From assembly GCA_963514005.1 (NCBI GenBank), contig OY740812.1, forward strand, positions 21,452,001 through 21,516,000: a stretch of 64,000 bases of DNA. Direction: 5' to 3'. Of the stretch, positions 37,505 through 50,804 are shown in pieces (position 1 is the first letter of the stretch; every line of letters begins with the position of its first letter). The notes beneath the pieces were generated by a model, which ran no database searches, had not been told where the DNA came from, and worked only from the letters and a program-made list of their open reading frames with translations. A program made the position numbers and the translations under genes. The stretch comes from Raja brachyura. Its lineage: Eukaryota.

Positions 37505-37600
37505 AAAGTAACTCAGGCAGATCTCTGAAGAGAAGGAATGGGTGACATTTCGGGTCGAGACCCTTCTTCAGATTGAAGGAGGGTCTTGACCCGAAACATA
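37505..37600. mobile_element. PLE tail with back-to-back inverted hammerhead cores
   Basis: Minus-strand core at 37541-37571 abuts a plus-strand copy tgaaggagggtcttgacccgaaaca. Confidence 0.7.
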
Positions 37601-39037
37601 CTCAAGAACGTGTTACAAATATAATCGGAATGTTTATACAGTCCATATTCACTATCTTAAATAATCATCTAACAAAGCAACTTATCTTGCTCATCTTCAA
37701 ATTTTAGCCATCATTTCTCAGAAGTTCCATTATTTCATGTTGTTAGCTGAGGATTGGAAAGGGAAAGCCATTGGTCTGTTCAGTTGTGATGCAGAAAAGC
37801 TAATGGCGAATGAAACAACTAGCACTTTTTTATCTCAGAAACCTATGTCTGTTTTATTTACTTAATACCAATACAGTTTGAAAATAATGACTGGTGATAC
37901 CACATCTGCATGATTCCAGACCAGCCAAAATCTTTCATTTATTAAGTGTTGACACAATAGCTTATTGCTTTACCCACCCGTGAATGCACTTTTACAGTAT
38001 TTACACACCAGCCATTTTCATGCTTCATTGAAATGAATGCTATATAGTAGCACTGATAATATGAGCAAATGGTAGCAGTGATAAGTTTCATTTATGACAT
38101 TAGACTTTAGAGATACAACGTGGAATCAGGCCCTTCGGCCTATTGTCCATGCCGACCATCGATCAACTGGAGTTCCATGGTACTACCCACGTTTTGAGTG
38201 CTTTCACTTTATTAACTTAATTATTATTAACTTTATTCACTTCACTTAACTTAAAAAGAGACTTGTTCCCAGAACAGATCAACCTATTTAATGAATTGGG
38301 TTCACATGACATGAATAGAACTGAGCTTTTTAATCCATCAGTGACCCCGAGAGGACCATCATGGCACAAATCAGGTAATCTAACATGGTAAAGTAGGGAG
38401 TTAAACTCTCTCCAAGCCAAATGTGTTGCTAGGTCATTATATCCACCAGATAAAATTGGCAATCATACTGGCTGTTGTAAAATAACATATGGAACCTCTC
38501 TGCTCCACTAATTCTTAGTAGTAAGTTTACTAGTACACATCCACTTAAATATAAATGCAAAAACTATCTGACAAAAAATAAAAATATAATTCAAATAGGA
38601 AATAATGTCAAATCTGATTAATGGGAAAGACAGAAAGAATAATTAGAAGATCAACAAGGGCTAACGTGAGAAATAATAACTTACATTTAATTTTTGGAAA
38701 TCATATACTTCCACGTAGTTGAATGGTAGTATTATGCAAGAACTATGCAAGAGTTTAGCAGACTTTTGAAATGGCTGCAAGTTTTAATCTCATGGGTTTT
38801 GTTGATTTCAGACTCCATGCAAGCCAGCTGTGGACCTTCTAATTTTAGAACATGTCATTGCATCACTGCCTTGGCAATTGATACAGGTTTGGATTAAATG
38901 ATTCTGTTTTGACTCAAGATTAGTGCCTGGTTACTTATATATGACAAAAATAAAGATAGTTTCACATATGTGGCTCTCAGAAGTCAATCTGTCCCTCACA
39001 CAAAATAGTCGAGGAGCACTGATGTTGAGGAGGTGAA

Positions 39038-39320
39038 TGTGGACTTGGGAGTGCTGGTGCAGGATTCCCAAAAGGTTAATTTGCAGGTTGAGTCGGTGGT
39101 AAGGAAGGAAAATGCAATGCTGGCATTCATTTCGAAGGGACTAGTATATAAAAGCCAGCATGTAATGCTGAGGCTTTATATGGTGCTGGTCAGGCCTATT
39201 TTGGAATGTTGTAAGCAGTTTTGAGCCTCTTATCTGAGGGAGGATGTATTAGCACTGGAGAGGGTACAGAGGAGGTTTACGAGAATTATCTTGGGATGCT
39301 TGGGTCCGTGTATGAGGAGC
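39038..39320 (+). mobile_element. CR1-like LINE RT fragment
   Basis: DLGVLVQDSQKVNLQVESVVRKENAMLAFI...LVRPILECC..F*..LALERVQRRFTR. Confidence 0.85.
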
Positions 39321-40164
39321 TCTGGACATTTCCTTTGTACCATCATATTGTGCACATGACATTAAACTAAACTTGATTGGTAATTGTTATCTTTTTAGGA
39401 AACAACAAAGGGAGTGGTTTTCTCAATTGAATTGTATTAGATTTTGGGTTAAAATGAATTCAGTTAGCCTGAGTCTGACAAGTGTCTGATTGTGATGTTG
39501 GCTCTGGAGTGGACCAGCAAGAAACTTGAATTCAAAGTTTACGAAGATCCATTCCAAGAATATTTCATTTCAATTGTTTTTGAAAGGTGTGGTAGCTTTG
39601 TAGAAACCTATAAGTACATTTGGAATCATATTTCCTTAAATTGCTCAAAGGATAGTCGCAGACTAGAGAAAAGTCATCAGAAAATTGACTCACTGCAAAC
39701 TGTACCTAGCACTTTATCAATAAGGCAAGGATTCAGAATTCACTTTTAACTTGGTCCTTTATCTATTTCTAATGCGCAGGGATTATTCAGTACCTCCATT
39801 CTCTCAAAACAGTTACAGGGAAACTGGAAGATTTGAGAAGGCTATTCTGTAGTCTTGTGGTTAATACAGTATGTTAAAATTTTCCTAGCTGAAATAATTG
39901 ATGACTTGATTATTTTCCTAAATGGAAGTTACTTATAAAATTATCTATTTCAAAGTCTTAATGAAAAATAATTTAAAACATTGTTTTCATGAGCAATATA
40001 TTGTAGTTCTATATCCAATAAATATAACCAATGAATACTTTACTGCAATTTCAACCATTGTAAGTTAGCTTATATATAGTTTTTATGTTATTATTTTATT
40101 TATTATTATTTCAACTTGGAAAATTCTAGACCAGCCATTTTGTCTTTCATAATATACTTTTTTT

Positions 40165-40455
40165 TAGTTTAGTTTTAGTTTAGTGTAGTTAATTGTCACG
40201 TGTACTGAGGTACAGTGAAAAGCTTTTTTGTTGCATGCTATCTAGTCAGCGGAATATGATGACCTATATACTATATATGATTACAATCAAGCCGTTGACA
40301 GTGTACAGGTACAGGATAAAGGGAATAATGTTTAGTCCAGTAAAGTCCGATTAAAGATAGTCCAAGGATAAATGGTAGGTCAGGACCATTCCCTAGTTGG
40401 TGATAGGATAGTTCAGTTGTCTGATAACAGCCGGGAAGAAATTGTCCCTCCGTCT
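40165..40455 (-). mobile_element. Rex1/Babar-like LINE 3' end
   Basis: ttagtt microsatellite tail plus attgtcacgtgtactgaggtacagtgaaa, shared with 50805 and 60395; ends in an SFFP.VIR.LN-type coding remnant. Confidence 0.6.
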
Positions 40456-40739
40456 GGAGAGATATCACACATTGTGAAAATGCACTTTCTAAAATATCAG
40501 TTTCAGCACACTGGTTTGCATGGATAAAATAAAGATTTTGAAATGTATATTGATGACATAAGTAATAAAGACTTTATGGAGGATAAGAAAACACTCAGTA
40601 TTAAAAAAAAAGAATGATTATTTATTATCACATGTGGCATGTCACAGTTAAATGCTTTGTTACACATACCATACACAAATCATGCAAAGTATTCAATGCA
40701 GTCCCAATGGTCATCCTTTGATCTTTCGACATGTCCAAC

Positions 40740-40960
40740 CTGTGGAATTCTTTGCCACAGAAGGCTATGGAGGCCAAGTCAGTGGATATTTTTAAGGGAG
40801 AGAAAGATAGATTCTTGATTGGTACGGGTGTCAGAGGTTATGGGGAGAGGGCAGGAGAATGGGGTTAGGAGGGAGAGATAGATCAGTCATGATTGAATGG
40901 CAGAGTAGACTTGATGGGCCGAATGGCCTAATTCTACTATCACTTAAGACATGACCTTAT
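40740..40960 (+). mobile_element. CR1-like LINE 3' fragment
   Basis: tgtggaattc...gatcagtcatgattgaatggc...gggccgaatggcct, the reverse complement of the 230-470 family. Confidence 0.75.
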
Positions 40961-41597
40961 GACCTCTGGCACATACTTTATGTACTAATGCTTTTAGGGT
41001 ATTCCTGCTGCATAAAACTATTATTTATCAGGGTGCATTCCTCTTTTGGTTGCAATGTATTAGAAAATTAATTTCATATTGGGGTTAACAATATTTATCT
41101 TCCACTGGAGTGCATCAGATACAATATGAATTGGCACAGGAATGGGAAGAGCAATACTATGCAAATGGAAATTGATTCTGGGCTTAGCAAAGAAATGTTT
41201 ATTGTAGGAAAGAAATATTGACAACAAGAAGTAAAATAAGCAAGTAATAGGATAGACTTAACTCTCACTATAACTTTAAAACAGTTTCCAACAGTGGAAT
41301 AAAATATACAGTATATATTGATGAGCTTTGGCTCAAGCGCATATTCCTACATTGAAATTAATTTCTCATTACAATAACCTATATATGTAAATATTTATGG
41401 TAAAACTGGTTAATGAAAAAAAATAGACAGCTATTGGAAGACCTTCATATTTTCATGATACAGGTTGATATTATTACGTAAATATGTTTTTCTGTTTGTA
41501 TATGTTAGCAACCTAGTGTCTGCAACTCATCTGGTTTAGTTGGAGATTGGGCCTAGTGTCTTTTTTTGTAAACCAGCATCTGCAGTTCCTTGTTTCT

Positions 41598-41895
41598 TTG
41601 GGCGGTGCAGCGGTAGAGTTGCTGTCTTACAGTGCCAGACCCAGGCTCGATCCTAATTACGGCTGCTGTCAGTATGGAGTTCGTACGCTCTTCCGGTGCC
41701 CTGCGTGGGTTTCCTCCGGGTGCTCTGGTTTCCTCCCACACTCCAGAGATGTAAAGGTTTGTAGGTTAATTGGCTTGGTGTAATTGTAATTGTAAAATTG
41801 TCCTTAGGGTAGTGTTAGTGTGCAAGGGCTGCTGGTTGGCGTGGACTCGATGGGCCAAAGAGCCTGTTTCCGCACTGTATCTCTAAACTAAACAA
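41598..41895 (+). mobile_element. V-SINE (HE1-like)
   Basis: ggtgcagcggtagagttgctg head, V-domain tgcgtgggtttcctccgggtgctctggtttcctcccaca, and a ctctaaactaaa tail. Confidence 0.85.
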
Positions 41896-42534
41896 AACTA
41901 CAACTTATGTTACTACCTATCTTTGTGCCAAATCTGTACATTTATCTAGATCATTGATATGAATTGCAAACACACTTGGCCATCAGCACCAACCCTTACA
42001 GCACCACACTCATTACATCTTTCCCACCAGAAACAAAAGGTTAATTTAAGTTTCATCACTATTCCATATTAGCCAGCTAAGTTTCTATCCAGGCCAATAT
42101 AAGTACCTCCAATTTGCTTATATATTCCTCAATATTGCTTGCTGTAGCATCATATAAAAATGCCTTCTGGTAACCCAAATTTCTACTTATTCCTCTTTAT
42201 CCACAGCACATGTTATTTATTCAAAGAAATTCCAATAAAGTGGTGAAACATGATTTCCTTGTTGCAAAGCCATGTTGACTTTGCCTGATTACCTTAACTG
42301 TTTCCAAGTGCGCTGCAATGGCTTCCTTAATAATAGCAGTTACCATTTCAAATTTAAATTTAATTACTTAAGTCAATTTGGAATAAGATGTTCGTGTTAA
42401 TAACAGTGGTCGTGAAACTATTGAATTGTCGTTAAAAACTTGTCTGTCAACCTGTCTGTAACTCCAGACTCCCTCGTCCATTCCAGAACAGTTGGGGATG
42501 GAGTATAAAATGTCAGTTCCCAGTAATTAATGAG

Positions 42535-42655
42535 TAAAGAAGGGGTCTTGACCCCAAGCATCACCTATCCATGTTCTCCAGAGATGCTGCCTCATCTGCT
42601 GGGTTTCTCCAGCACTTTGTGTCCTTTTGCCTTAATCAGCATCTGCAGTTCATTG
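42535..42655 (+). mobile_element. PLE tail repeat, decayed
   Basis: gaaggggtcttgacccc...cacctatccatgttctccagagatgctgcc...ctccagcactttgtg...cagcatctgcagttc. Confidence 0.65.
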
Positions 42656-44590
42656 GTTCTACTATATGAAAAACTTGTTAGGCTTTATGCAGGCCCGATT
42701 TCTGAGCTGGTTCAAGATGTCTTGGGGAAATGTTAGTTTTAGTGATATCTTCAAGACAGTGCATTAATCGCATAAAATACACAAACTGTCATAGGTATGG
42801 TATAGCGTGATTATTATTTTTTAAAATTCCATTCATAGGAAATGTAAATTTCCATTCTACCACAGATTAAGAGAACACATAATGCTTGACAAAGTTCTAG
42901 GCCTTGCCCCTTTTGTTACATCTGCATTAGATTTAATTGGTCAGATGGAACAATTTGCACAATTACTATGAGGAGAAAATATCACCTTGTCATCTGGATA
43001 TCCCTGGAAGCTCGGTGTTGTCTTTGCAGTAGCAAAAGTACAAAACACTGCCTGAGATAATATAGAACTCAGTTTTGTCTTAATCAACAAGAGGAGAAGT
43101 TTGTTTCTCTGTTAATCCTCTTGCATTAGTAACTCCAAACTCTCTTTGCAAATCTGACACATTTATTCTCTGACACTCACGAATAAAGGCACCAGAAATT
43201 CCTTCCAGAATGCAGTTATTAGAAACCAGTTTGAATCTGATATTAATATACACTGCTTCGTGTGTGCCTTTCCCCAACAAACATATGTAACTATTCAGGC
43301 AGAGAACCTTACAGCAAGTTGTCAGCGAAGTATGTCTTATTTTGGCCTAAGATATAATTTTAATGATAAGATATTAAATATACACACATTACAATTTGCA
43401 ACATGATGCACCCATCTCTATTACATTTATAACCAATGTGGGTTATGTGCACAAATTACCCACATTCAGTTAACAGTAGCAATTAGGAGAAGATTAAAAC
43501 TAGATTGATTTTCAGTCAATGGAAAATTCACATATCAGATATTCACTTAGCAAAAGTATTACAGTCAAGTGAGCTTAAGACATAGTTACATTAGCATTTT
43601 GTCTGTATGTAACAATATATTTGGAGGTCCATGACTATTATAATTATTATCCATGGGGCTTAAAGCAAAGCACTATTTGGCCCCAAACCAACAAAATAAT
43701 TGAAACATAATATTAAGGAAAATACTACCAAATTGTACATTTCAGTTAAGTCTGAAATATTGGCTTAGTATCATTTGTCCTAATTTGGGAACTGGCTCGT
43801 TGTGTATGCACCATTGGGTATCCATCTGAAAATGTTCCAGGGCCAATTTTTACCCCATCTGTGTGGAGATTTGATTTCCTGACAATATACATGACATTTA
43901 TAGCCCTTAAATTGAGCTATGATAGTGCCCTACGGTTGATCATTTGAAACTTCTTGCTCTGCATTGTTTAATTTGTGGTATGAGATCATTGAATTTAAAT
44001 GTGTTAAAGTTGCATTTAATATTCATAAGGTCATGTTATAGAAGCAGAATTAGGCAATTCAGACATCAAGTCTACTCCGCCATTCAATCATGGTTGTTCT
44101 ATCTTTCCCCCTCAATGCCATTCTCCTGCCTTCTCCCCATAATCCCTGACACCTGTATTTTGATTCTATAATACCAGTACTATTATTGGAGTGGACTTTA
44201 TGATATCTATATTACTAAAAGTCTCATCTTGACACTTCCTGTTGTTCTGTATATTGATTTTAGAAAAAACGCCGCCACTTATGGCTGTGACATCTTACTC
44301 AGAGTCCCCCTCCGCTGCGCAGGTAAAGAGGATTTTTCCCATCGATGTAAAGTAAAAGAGTTATTAGTGTTTAAAAAATGTTGAGATTCTCTCTCCTGAA
44401 GGCCATGCCCCTTCTGGAGGGACTAAGAAACCCGGAAGTGTTTAATGACTCAGTCAGTCTGTGCAAGATGGGGGAAGCGAGATGGTCACGTCTCTCAGTC
44501 TGAGCTGTGAATAACACTGAACACATGTCTACTAAACTGTGAGTGGTTTTACTGACCTGTCAGTGCCCTTAATGTGGTTTGAAAATATAG

Positions 44591-44771
44591 TTTGGAAATG
44601 CTAAGGCTGTGTTGCCTTTCGATTGGAAATGCTAAAGCTGTGTTGCCTTTGGTTTGGAAATGCTAAAGCTGTGTTGCCCTTGGTTTGGAAATGCTAAAGC
44701 TGTGTTGCCTTTGGTTTGGAAATGCTAAAGCTGTGTTGCCTTTGGTTTGGAAATGATAAAGCTGTGTTGCC
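44591..44771 (+). repeat. 31-bp minisatellite, ~6 copies, inside Helitron 1
   Basis: Unit TTTGGAAATGCTAAAGCTGTGTTGCCTTTGG. Confidence 0.95.
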
Positions 44772-45056
44772 TAATTAAAGTTGCCTTACCTAATTAAAGT
44801 TGCCTTGCCTTCAATATAATTAAAAGTACGGCTGTGATTTTTGGCCATCTTACTCAGTCCCCCTCCGCTCATCAGGTGCCAAGGATTTTTCCCGAAGAAA
44901 AATAAAAGAGTCATTAGTGTTTAAAAAATGTTGAGATTCTTTCTCCTGTCAATCACAACATGAAGGCCACGCCCCTTCTGGTGGGAGGGGTGGAGGGACT
45001 ATAAAACCCAGAAGTGTAGGCATGGCTCAGTCTCTGCAAGATGGAGGCTGTCTTTA

Positions 45057-45178
45057 GTGGCCTTGCATCCTGCTTGAAGTGGTATGAAACTGCACTTGAA
45101 TTTGGTGGCCTTGCGCCCTGCTTGAAGTGGTAAGAAACTGCACTTGAATTTGTTGGCCTTGCACCCTGCTTGAAATGG
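45057..45178 (+). repeat. 48-bp tandem repeat, ~2.5 copies, inside Helitron 1
   Basis: Unit GTGGCCTTGCATCCTGCTTGAAGTGGTATGAAACTGCACTTGAATTTG. Confidence 0.9.
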
Positions 45179-46247
45179 AATTTCAAGGAATAGCCGTGAG
45201 TTAACTGCCTGCCCACCAGACATGAGTGAGTGAGCTGTTAGCACAACAGGCTTGAGTAACTGAGTCGCCAGCCCAAGAATCCATTCGGCCCACAATGTCG
45301 ATACAAGACCTCTAGAAACCAGTCCCACAACACCCATACTAGTGCTACAGAAAGCCTCCCCTCCCCCCCCCCACTGGCCACCAATATTTTAATTGGTGGA
45401 GAGGAGAAATATTGCGTTGGGGGACCAGCCCTCCCGTGTGATGCTGGGACCCAACGGGTCCCACTTAGTCTCATACACTTTAAATATCTGTGCATTAGCT
45501 AAAATCCTTTTTGATCTTGTTAACATTTCACGTGTACTTTAGATGAATGGTCAGAAATTATGAGTTTAAATTAGGGATTAAGAAATAAACCAATTAATAG
45601 TAAATGTAATTCTGACTAAATGTAGAGCAAATTATCACTTTGCATGGAAGATATGTTCTTAATTTCCTCATCTGTGGCTTTAATTGAAAGGAAAGTACTG
45701 TCAGTATATCGGTGCACTCAACAAATGTAAACTCTGATGTTCCAGAAAAATACACTGAAATTTGGCAAAATATGGAAAATATCAAAATATCAAGAAAATA
45801 TACAACACCCTATGTTTCTAAAAGTTGACACCAAAATTCATGGATTGTAGCTGAACAACGACACACAATAAAGAAAAAAACCCTTCATTTCACTGGACAA
45901 TTAGGGATAGATCTATCTCCATCACCAGCATCACAAGAGCAATTAAGGAAAGGCTTGACAAGCAGTATTTGCTCGGATTGTACGAGAATGATAAGAGTTT
46001 ACATGATGTAGGGACTGAGTAATCCAATATTCAATTGACTATAAAAGTATTTAATTGGATGTAAAACATTTCAGAATGTCCTGGGACTGTAAAAGGGATG
46101 ACATAAATGTAACATAACTTCTTATTTCCTTCTTTTGCTTTTTCTTTTCCCTTTATCTTTTTCAGATTTTAGTTACCTCCCTTTCTGTATTCACTTACTC
46201 TTCCTTTTCACTTCACTAGACACAAGGCCAAACCAGAACAATGTGCG

Positions 46248-46550
46248 GGCACCATAGTGGGAATGCCTGTAGAGCTGTTGCCTCACAGCGCCAGAGACCT
46301 GGGTTTGATTCTGACTTCGGGTGTTATCTGTGTGGAAATTTCATGTTTTCCCTGTGACTGTGTGGGTTTCCTCCCTCATCCCAAAGACATGCAGGTTTGG
46401 AGGTAAATTTGGAATCTGTAAATTGCCCTTAGTGTATATGGAGTGGATGAGAAATTGGGATAACATAGAACAAGTGTGTAGGGCTGATCGATGGTCAGTG
46501 TGGACTTGGTGGTCCACTGTGCCTGTTTCTATTGCTGTATCTCTAACAAA
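46248..46550 (+). mobile_element. V-SINE (HE1-like), diverged
   Basis: gtagagctgttgcctcacagcgccagagacctgggtttgatt head, V-domain, and a cctgtttc..ctgtatctctaa tail. Confidence 0.75.
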
Positions 46551-47464
46551 AAAACTACTATCACTTGCTTTGTTGAAGAATGCATTGAAACAGCTAAAGT
46601 GATAATTGGGGTACAACTCTAATACTGTTGGTGGATCAATTGTTAATAAACTGAATGAGCATGAATGGAGTGTGAGCAACATGCTCATGAATGGGTCAGC
46701 CAAACTTGGAATAGGCATATTTTAGCATTGACAGAGTGGTGAAACTGCAAATAGTTTACATCAGTATTATGATCTGTAGAATATTGCAAGTATTGAGAGG
46801 GCAAACATGTTGCTTTAGGTTGGAGGCAAATTCCCAGAATAACATAAGGTGTGGAAGTCATGGGAAGCATCAGCCTTGAACATTGTAGGCCTGGTATTTA
46901 TGGGGAAACGGGAAGAGAACATAAGTTGTGTGGTGGTTGCAGACAAACCAGATATTCCAGAGAAGCAGAGGTTCTGTCCAATTTAGAGGCAGGAGATTTT
47001 AATAATGTTTTAATATTTAGTTTCTAACAGGGCAGCGGACAAAATTGACAAGTTGGTCACCGGCCAGGTGTGAGAAAAAGAAAGGGGATGCTGCATTCAC
47101 TCCAGACAGATGCGGGCTTGAAAGTTCCCTTCTATTCAGGTGGTTTGCCAGAATGAAACTTTGACAAGTTCAACACTGCCAAGCTTATGCTGACTGAAGC
47201 AAAAGTTAGGTTTTAAATTCAGGAGGCTGAGATAACGATTGTGGCTTGCACAGGATTGGCAGAGTTGATTAGACAATTGAAGAGCTGAAAAAAAAAAATC
47301 CTGTGTGATCAATGAAAGGTTTGTTTGAGAGGTTAAAGGAACATTTCTGATCTTTCTGGTTAACAGAGTGCATGGATTACCCCATTTCCACATCCACCGC
47401 AACTGTTCTTATCTTGCTTTAGTTAAGAGATTTACCAAATCCTGGAAAATGACTCTCCAATACC

Positions 47465-48506
47465 TAGCAATGTTACAAAATTTTGAGATTTTTAAAATCA
47501 AGTCTGCAATTTATCCCATCAGATAAACATAAAAAGAAGTTTAATTTGACACCTAATTCATTTTCATATCTTCAGTATGAAAACAGTTATGGCCATTTTC
47601 ATACTTGGAAATTAGCATCTTGTTCCATATTGCTTTTCCATTGACTTAACTCAAAAGCTGTGATCAAGGACAGTTAAAAGCCCATAACTTTCTTAAGAAT
47701 TAAGAAAACTGAATGAAATTTTCAGTTATTGTAGATTGAAGCATTCTGAAACAAATATGAAACAATCTTACTTGGATGACCTGAAATTAAAGCATATAAT
47801 TAGTTAGTTACCCAATTGTAGCTAATTACAAAATTCAATTACTAGATCTAAACATCTATCAATTTCTTAAGATAAGGTTAACATTTTTAAATAGCCTAAG
47901 TGTCCAAATAACACTCACACAAGACTTCACAATATAACAGGGTTTTTAAATCTTATTGTCATGAATTTATAGGCCAAATGGAAGGAATTTAGTGTTTATT
48001 TCCCGTAACTTAATGGCCATTTAAATCATCTTGCGAGTGGGATTTTGTGGAATGCGATTATTTGTAATGTTGCATTTGCGGTGAATTTAAACCCCATATC
48101 GGCAGGAAAAATAAAGCCGGTTCGGATGGGGCCGAAGCCACCTTTTTGCAACGTGAAACGTTGATTAAAGGCATCTTAAGAAGCACTTTTTAATGTAAAA
48201 ATAAACGGCGTTCCTTGCTTTGTCCCGTACATGAGATCCATCACGTTGTCAGCGTTCACGGCTTTAGAAGTTGATTTTAAATTTTCTCTAGCAATTAAAT
48301 TATCCAGCGCAGTTTAAAAGAAACTTCAGAGAACGAATGTCGGAGCGATTTTTCTTCAGCAACTAAACAGCCTGACAAACATCGATTTGAATAGTCTGGA
48401 GAAAACAGCATTTTAAACCCGCACCCCTCTCAAAGGCGCCAAAGTCGCGCACATGGGCAGTGACAAAACAGCAGCGCCACTGAAGATAAGTTTTGTAACA
48501 TACCTA
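47465..48506. mobile_element. Non-autonomous TIR DNA transposon (hAT-like), ~1.04 kb
   Basis: Termini TAGCAATGTTACAAAATTT and AAGTTTTGTAACATACCTA (16/19 complementary), flanked by direct repeat CAATACC at 47458-47464 and 48507-48513. Confidence 0.7.
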
Positions 48507-48710
48507 CAATACCCAGAAATACTAGGGGCCCAAAGATCTAGCGTGACGGAGGAACGGAAGGAAATTCACATTAGTCATGAAATGGTGTTGGGTGAACTGT
48601 TGCGACTGAAGGCAGATATATCCCCAGGGCCTGATGGTCTGCATCCCAAGGAGGTGGCCCGAGAAATCGCGTATGCATCGGTGATCATTTTCCAATGTTC
48701 TATAGACTCT
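48507..48710 (+). mobile_element. CR1-like LINE ORF2 fragment (pre-RT)
   Basis: EIHISHEMVLGELLRLKADISPGPDGLHPKEVAREIAYASVIIFQCSIDS. Confidence 0.8.
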
Positions 48711-48994
48711 GTCAAAGGCTACAGTGTAGGATCTATTGAATCCCACAACAAAACACAAAGAACAAACGACACTTAGCTGAGCCAGACACCTTGTGTCACG
48801 TTTATTCCAGAAGCCCTTTTTACCTACATTCTCACCGATCATAACTCATGTGCAGATAAGGCCAATTAGTGCGTCTGACCTTGGAGTTTTTATTGAACTC
48901 ATGAGGCTGCTGGTGAGTCGTGAATGGTGACCGGCAGTATGCAAAACCAATGAAGGTATGAAGGCGCCATAACAGAAAGAAAGAAAGAAAGAAA

Positions 48995-49105
48995 GAACTG
49001 CAGCTTCAGCAAAGGACACAAAGTGCTGGAGTAACTCAGCAGGTGAGGCAGCTTCTCTGGAGAACATGGATCGGTGATGTCTCGGGTCAAGGCCTTTTCT
49101 CAGAA
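48995..49105 (-). mobile_element. PLE tail repeat, decayed
   Basis: gacacaaagtgctggagtaactcagcagg...ggtgatgtctcgggtcaaggccttttctcag. Confidence 0.65.
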
Positions 49106-50197
49106 AGGTGCCATTGTTATATCACACTAGTTATTATGGCCTCGTTAAGAAAAATAATATTATTTCAATTTTTACCCTTGATTAATAAATACGTCCCTAT
49201 TTGAATGGCAACATGAATGGTTAGAGGAATAGGCTGATTATGTTTCTGTGCGAGAGAATGGGAGATAACGTGTCACTTCCATTTAGCGAACTGAGTTAAC
49301 GAGTGTGAGATGGATAGGAAACTGATTAATGACTTGAGCTAGCTCTCCTGGTACATGGATCTCCTGATTCACTTATGTCCTACTCAAGGCTTCAGTATAT
49401 ATTCTGCCTGTGGCATGTAATATCTGACCACTGCAATAAGTTATAACTAAAATGCTGACAATCATTAGAAACGTTGCTGGGCCAGAGACCTATCTTTAAC
49501 ATTTGCCTTGTTTTAATAATTTGTAATGGTTTTAGCAGATGACATAATGCATTTATCATTGTGACTAGTTTCTGATGTATGCCATATGGAGCACATGTGC
49601 CATGATATGACTCCAGGTCACTGAATGATGTGAATGAAATCATTCCAAGTTCCCTTTTACAGATATTTTACATTGGCAAAGCCCATATTTTAATAATTTA
49701 GTCTATCATCAGCCAACATACCAACAGAAGTGTAAACAGGTTGCGACACCACTATTAATTGAAATTCATGTGCTAACAATTTAAGCAATATACTTACATA
49801 TGAAGCTTAGAGCTTGTTGAGTGGAAAGCTATTCAATAAATTTAATCCTCGGTCGACTGGATTCATCTCACTCGCTGTTCTGATGTGTGTAGTTTCACTT
49901 CATGCAAGCCTCTGGCAGGGCAGCAGCCATTATCAGCTTCTGGGACATCATGGGTTAGTTGAAGGCAATAAAGGGAGACCAGGATCTTTAAAAAAAATCA
50001 GCAAACTTTTCAATAAAAACTTCCAACAGAAAATCTGGTGAAAATTGAGAATGAGGCGATCACTGTTAGGTCTAGTCTCTTCATTTTATTTCTGTGCTTC
50101 TGCTCCCATCACCATTTGCACAAACTCCAGCCAATATAAGGTTTTGCACCATAGACCTATGAAGCTGAGAGATCAGGGAAATGGGTTAAGGATAGAA

Positions 50198-50280
50198 GAG
50201 ACAAAGTGCTGGAGTAATTCAGGGGGTTCTCAGAAGAACATGGATCAGCAACGTATCGGGTCGGGACCCTTCTTCAGACG
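50198..50280 (-). mobile_element. PLE tail repeat, decayed
   Basis: gacaaagtgctggagtaattcag...caacgtatcgggtcgggacccttcttcagac. Confidence 0.65.
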
Positions 50281-50804
50281 ATTCAATTTGGTCTGATTCA
50301 GTTCAGTGGGTTACGGATGCAGCTTGAAGCTGGGACATCAGTGATATTCTGTTTCCCTCAATTTTGTCTTATTTTCTAGCAGGGTTAACAGAGAAAATTC
50401 CTTCCCCCTTTGGATGCAGTAACAAATAGCTCAAACCTTTTATGTTGTTCTGTTTTTCTTGCAATGCTATTGACTAGCTAATCAATACCATGAAAGATCG
50501 GGCTGTTGAAGTGGAAGTGAAACGCTCTGGAGCAAGTCATTCAAAATGTACATCCTAAATTACAGTATAAACATACACCTGGAATTTCCACAGGTAAATG
50601 ATTGGTAGAAATTATAGAGGAATGACATAAATGGCTACAATTTGCTGTTGAAGATGTTGTTCAGAGTTCTCTTTCAATCTATGGATCGAGTTATGCTGGA
50701 GAGAGGGAGAGCCCATTGGCATCTGCAATTTCAACTAAAGGTGCAGAGTACACAGATGTGTAGAAGAAAGTGTTTACAGGTACTACAGAATATATTGCTT
50801 AGGT

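Larger units (their letters stand above)
44206..45473 (+). mobile_element. Non-autonomous Helitron, copy 1
   Basis: A|TC start; subterminal hairpin TGGGACCC-AAC-GGGTCCCA (45445-45463); degenerate CTAG end (CTCA|T); no TIR or TSD; both ends homologous to 54366-55948. Confidence 0.75.
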
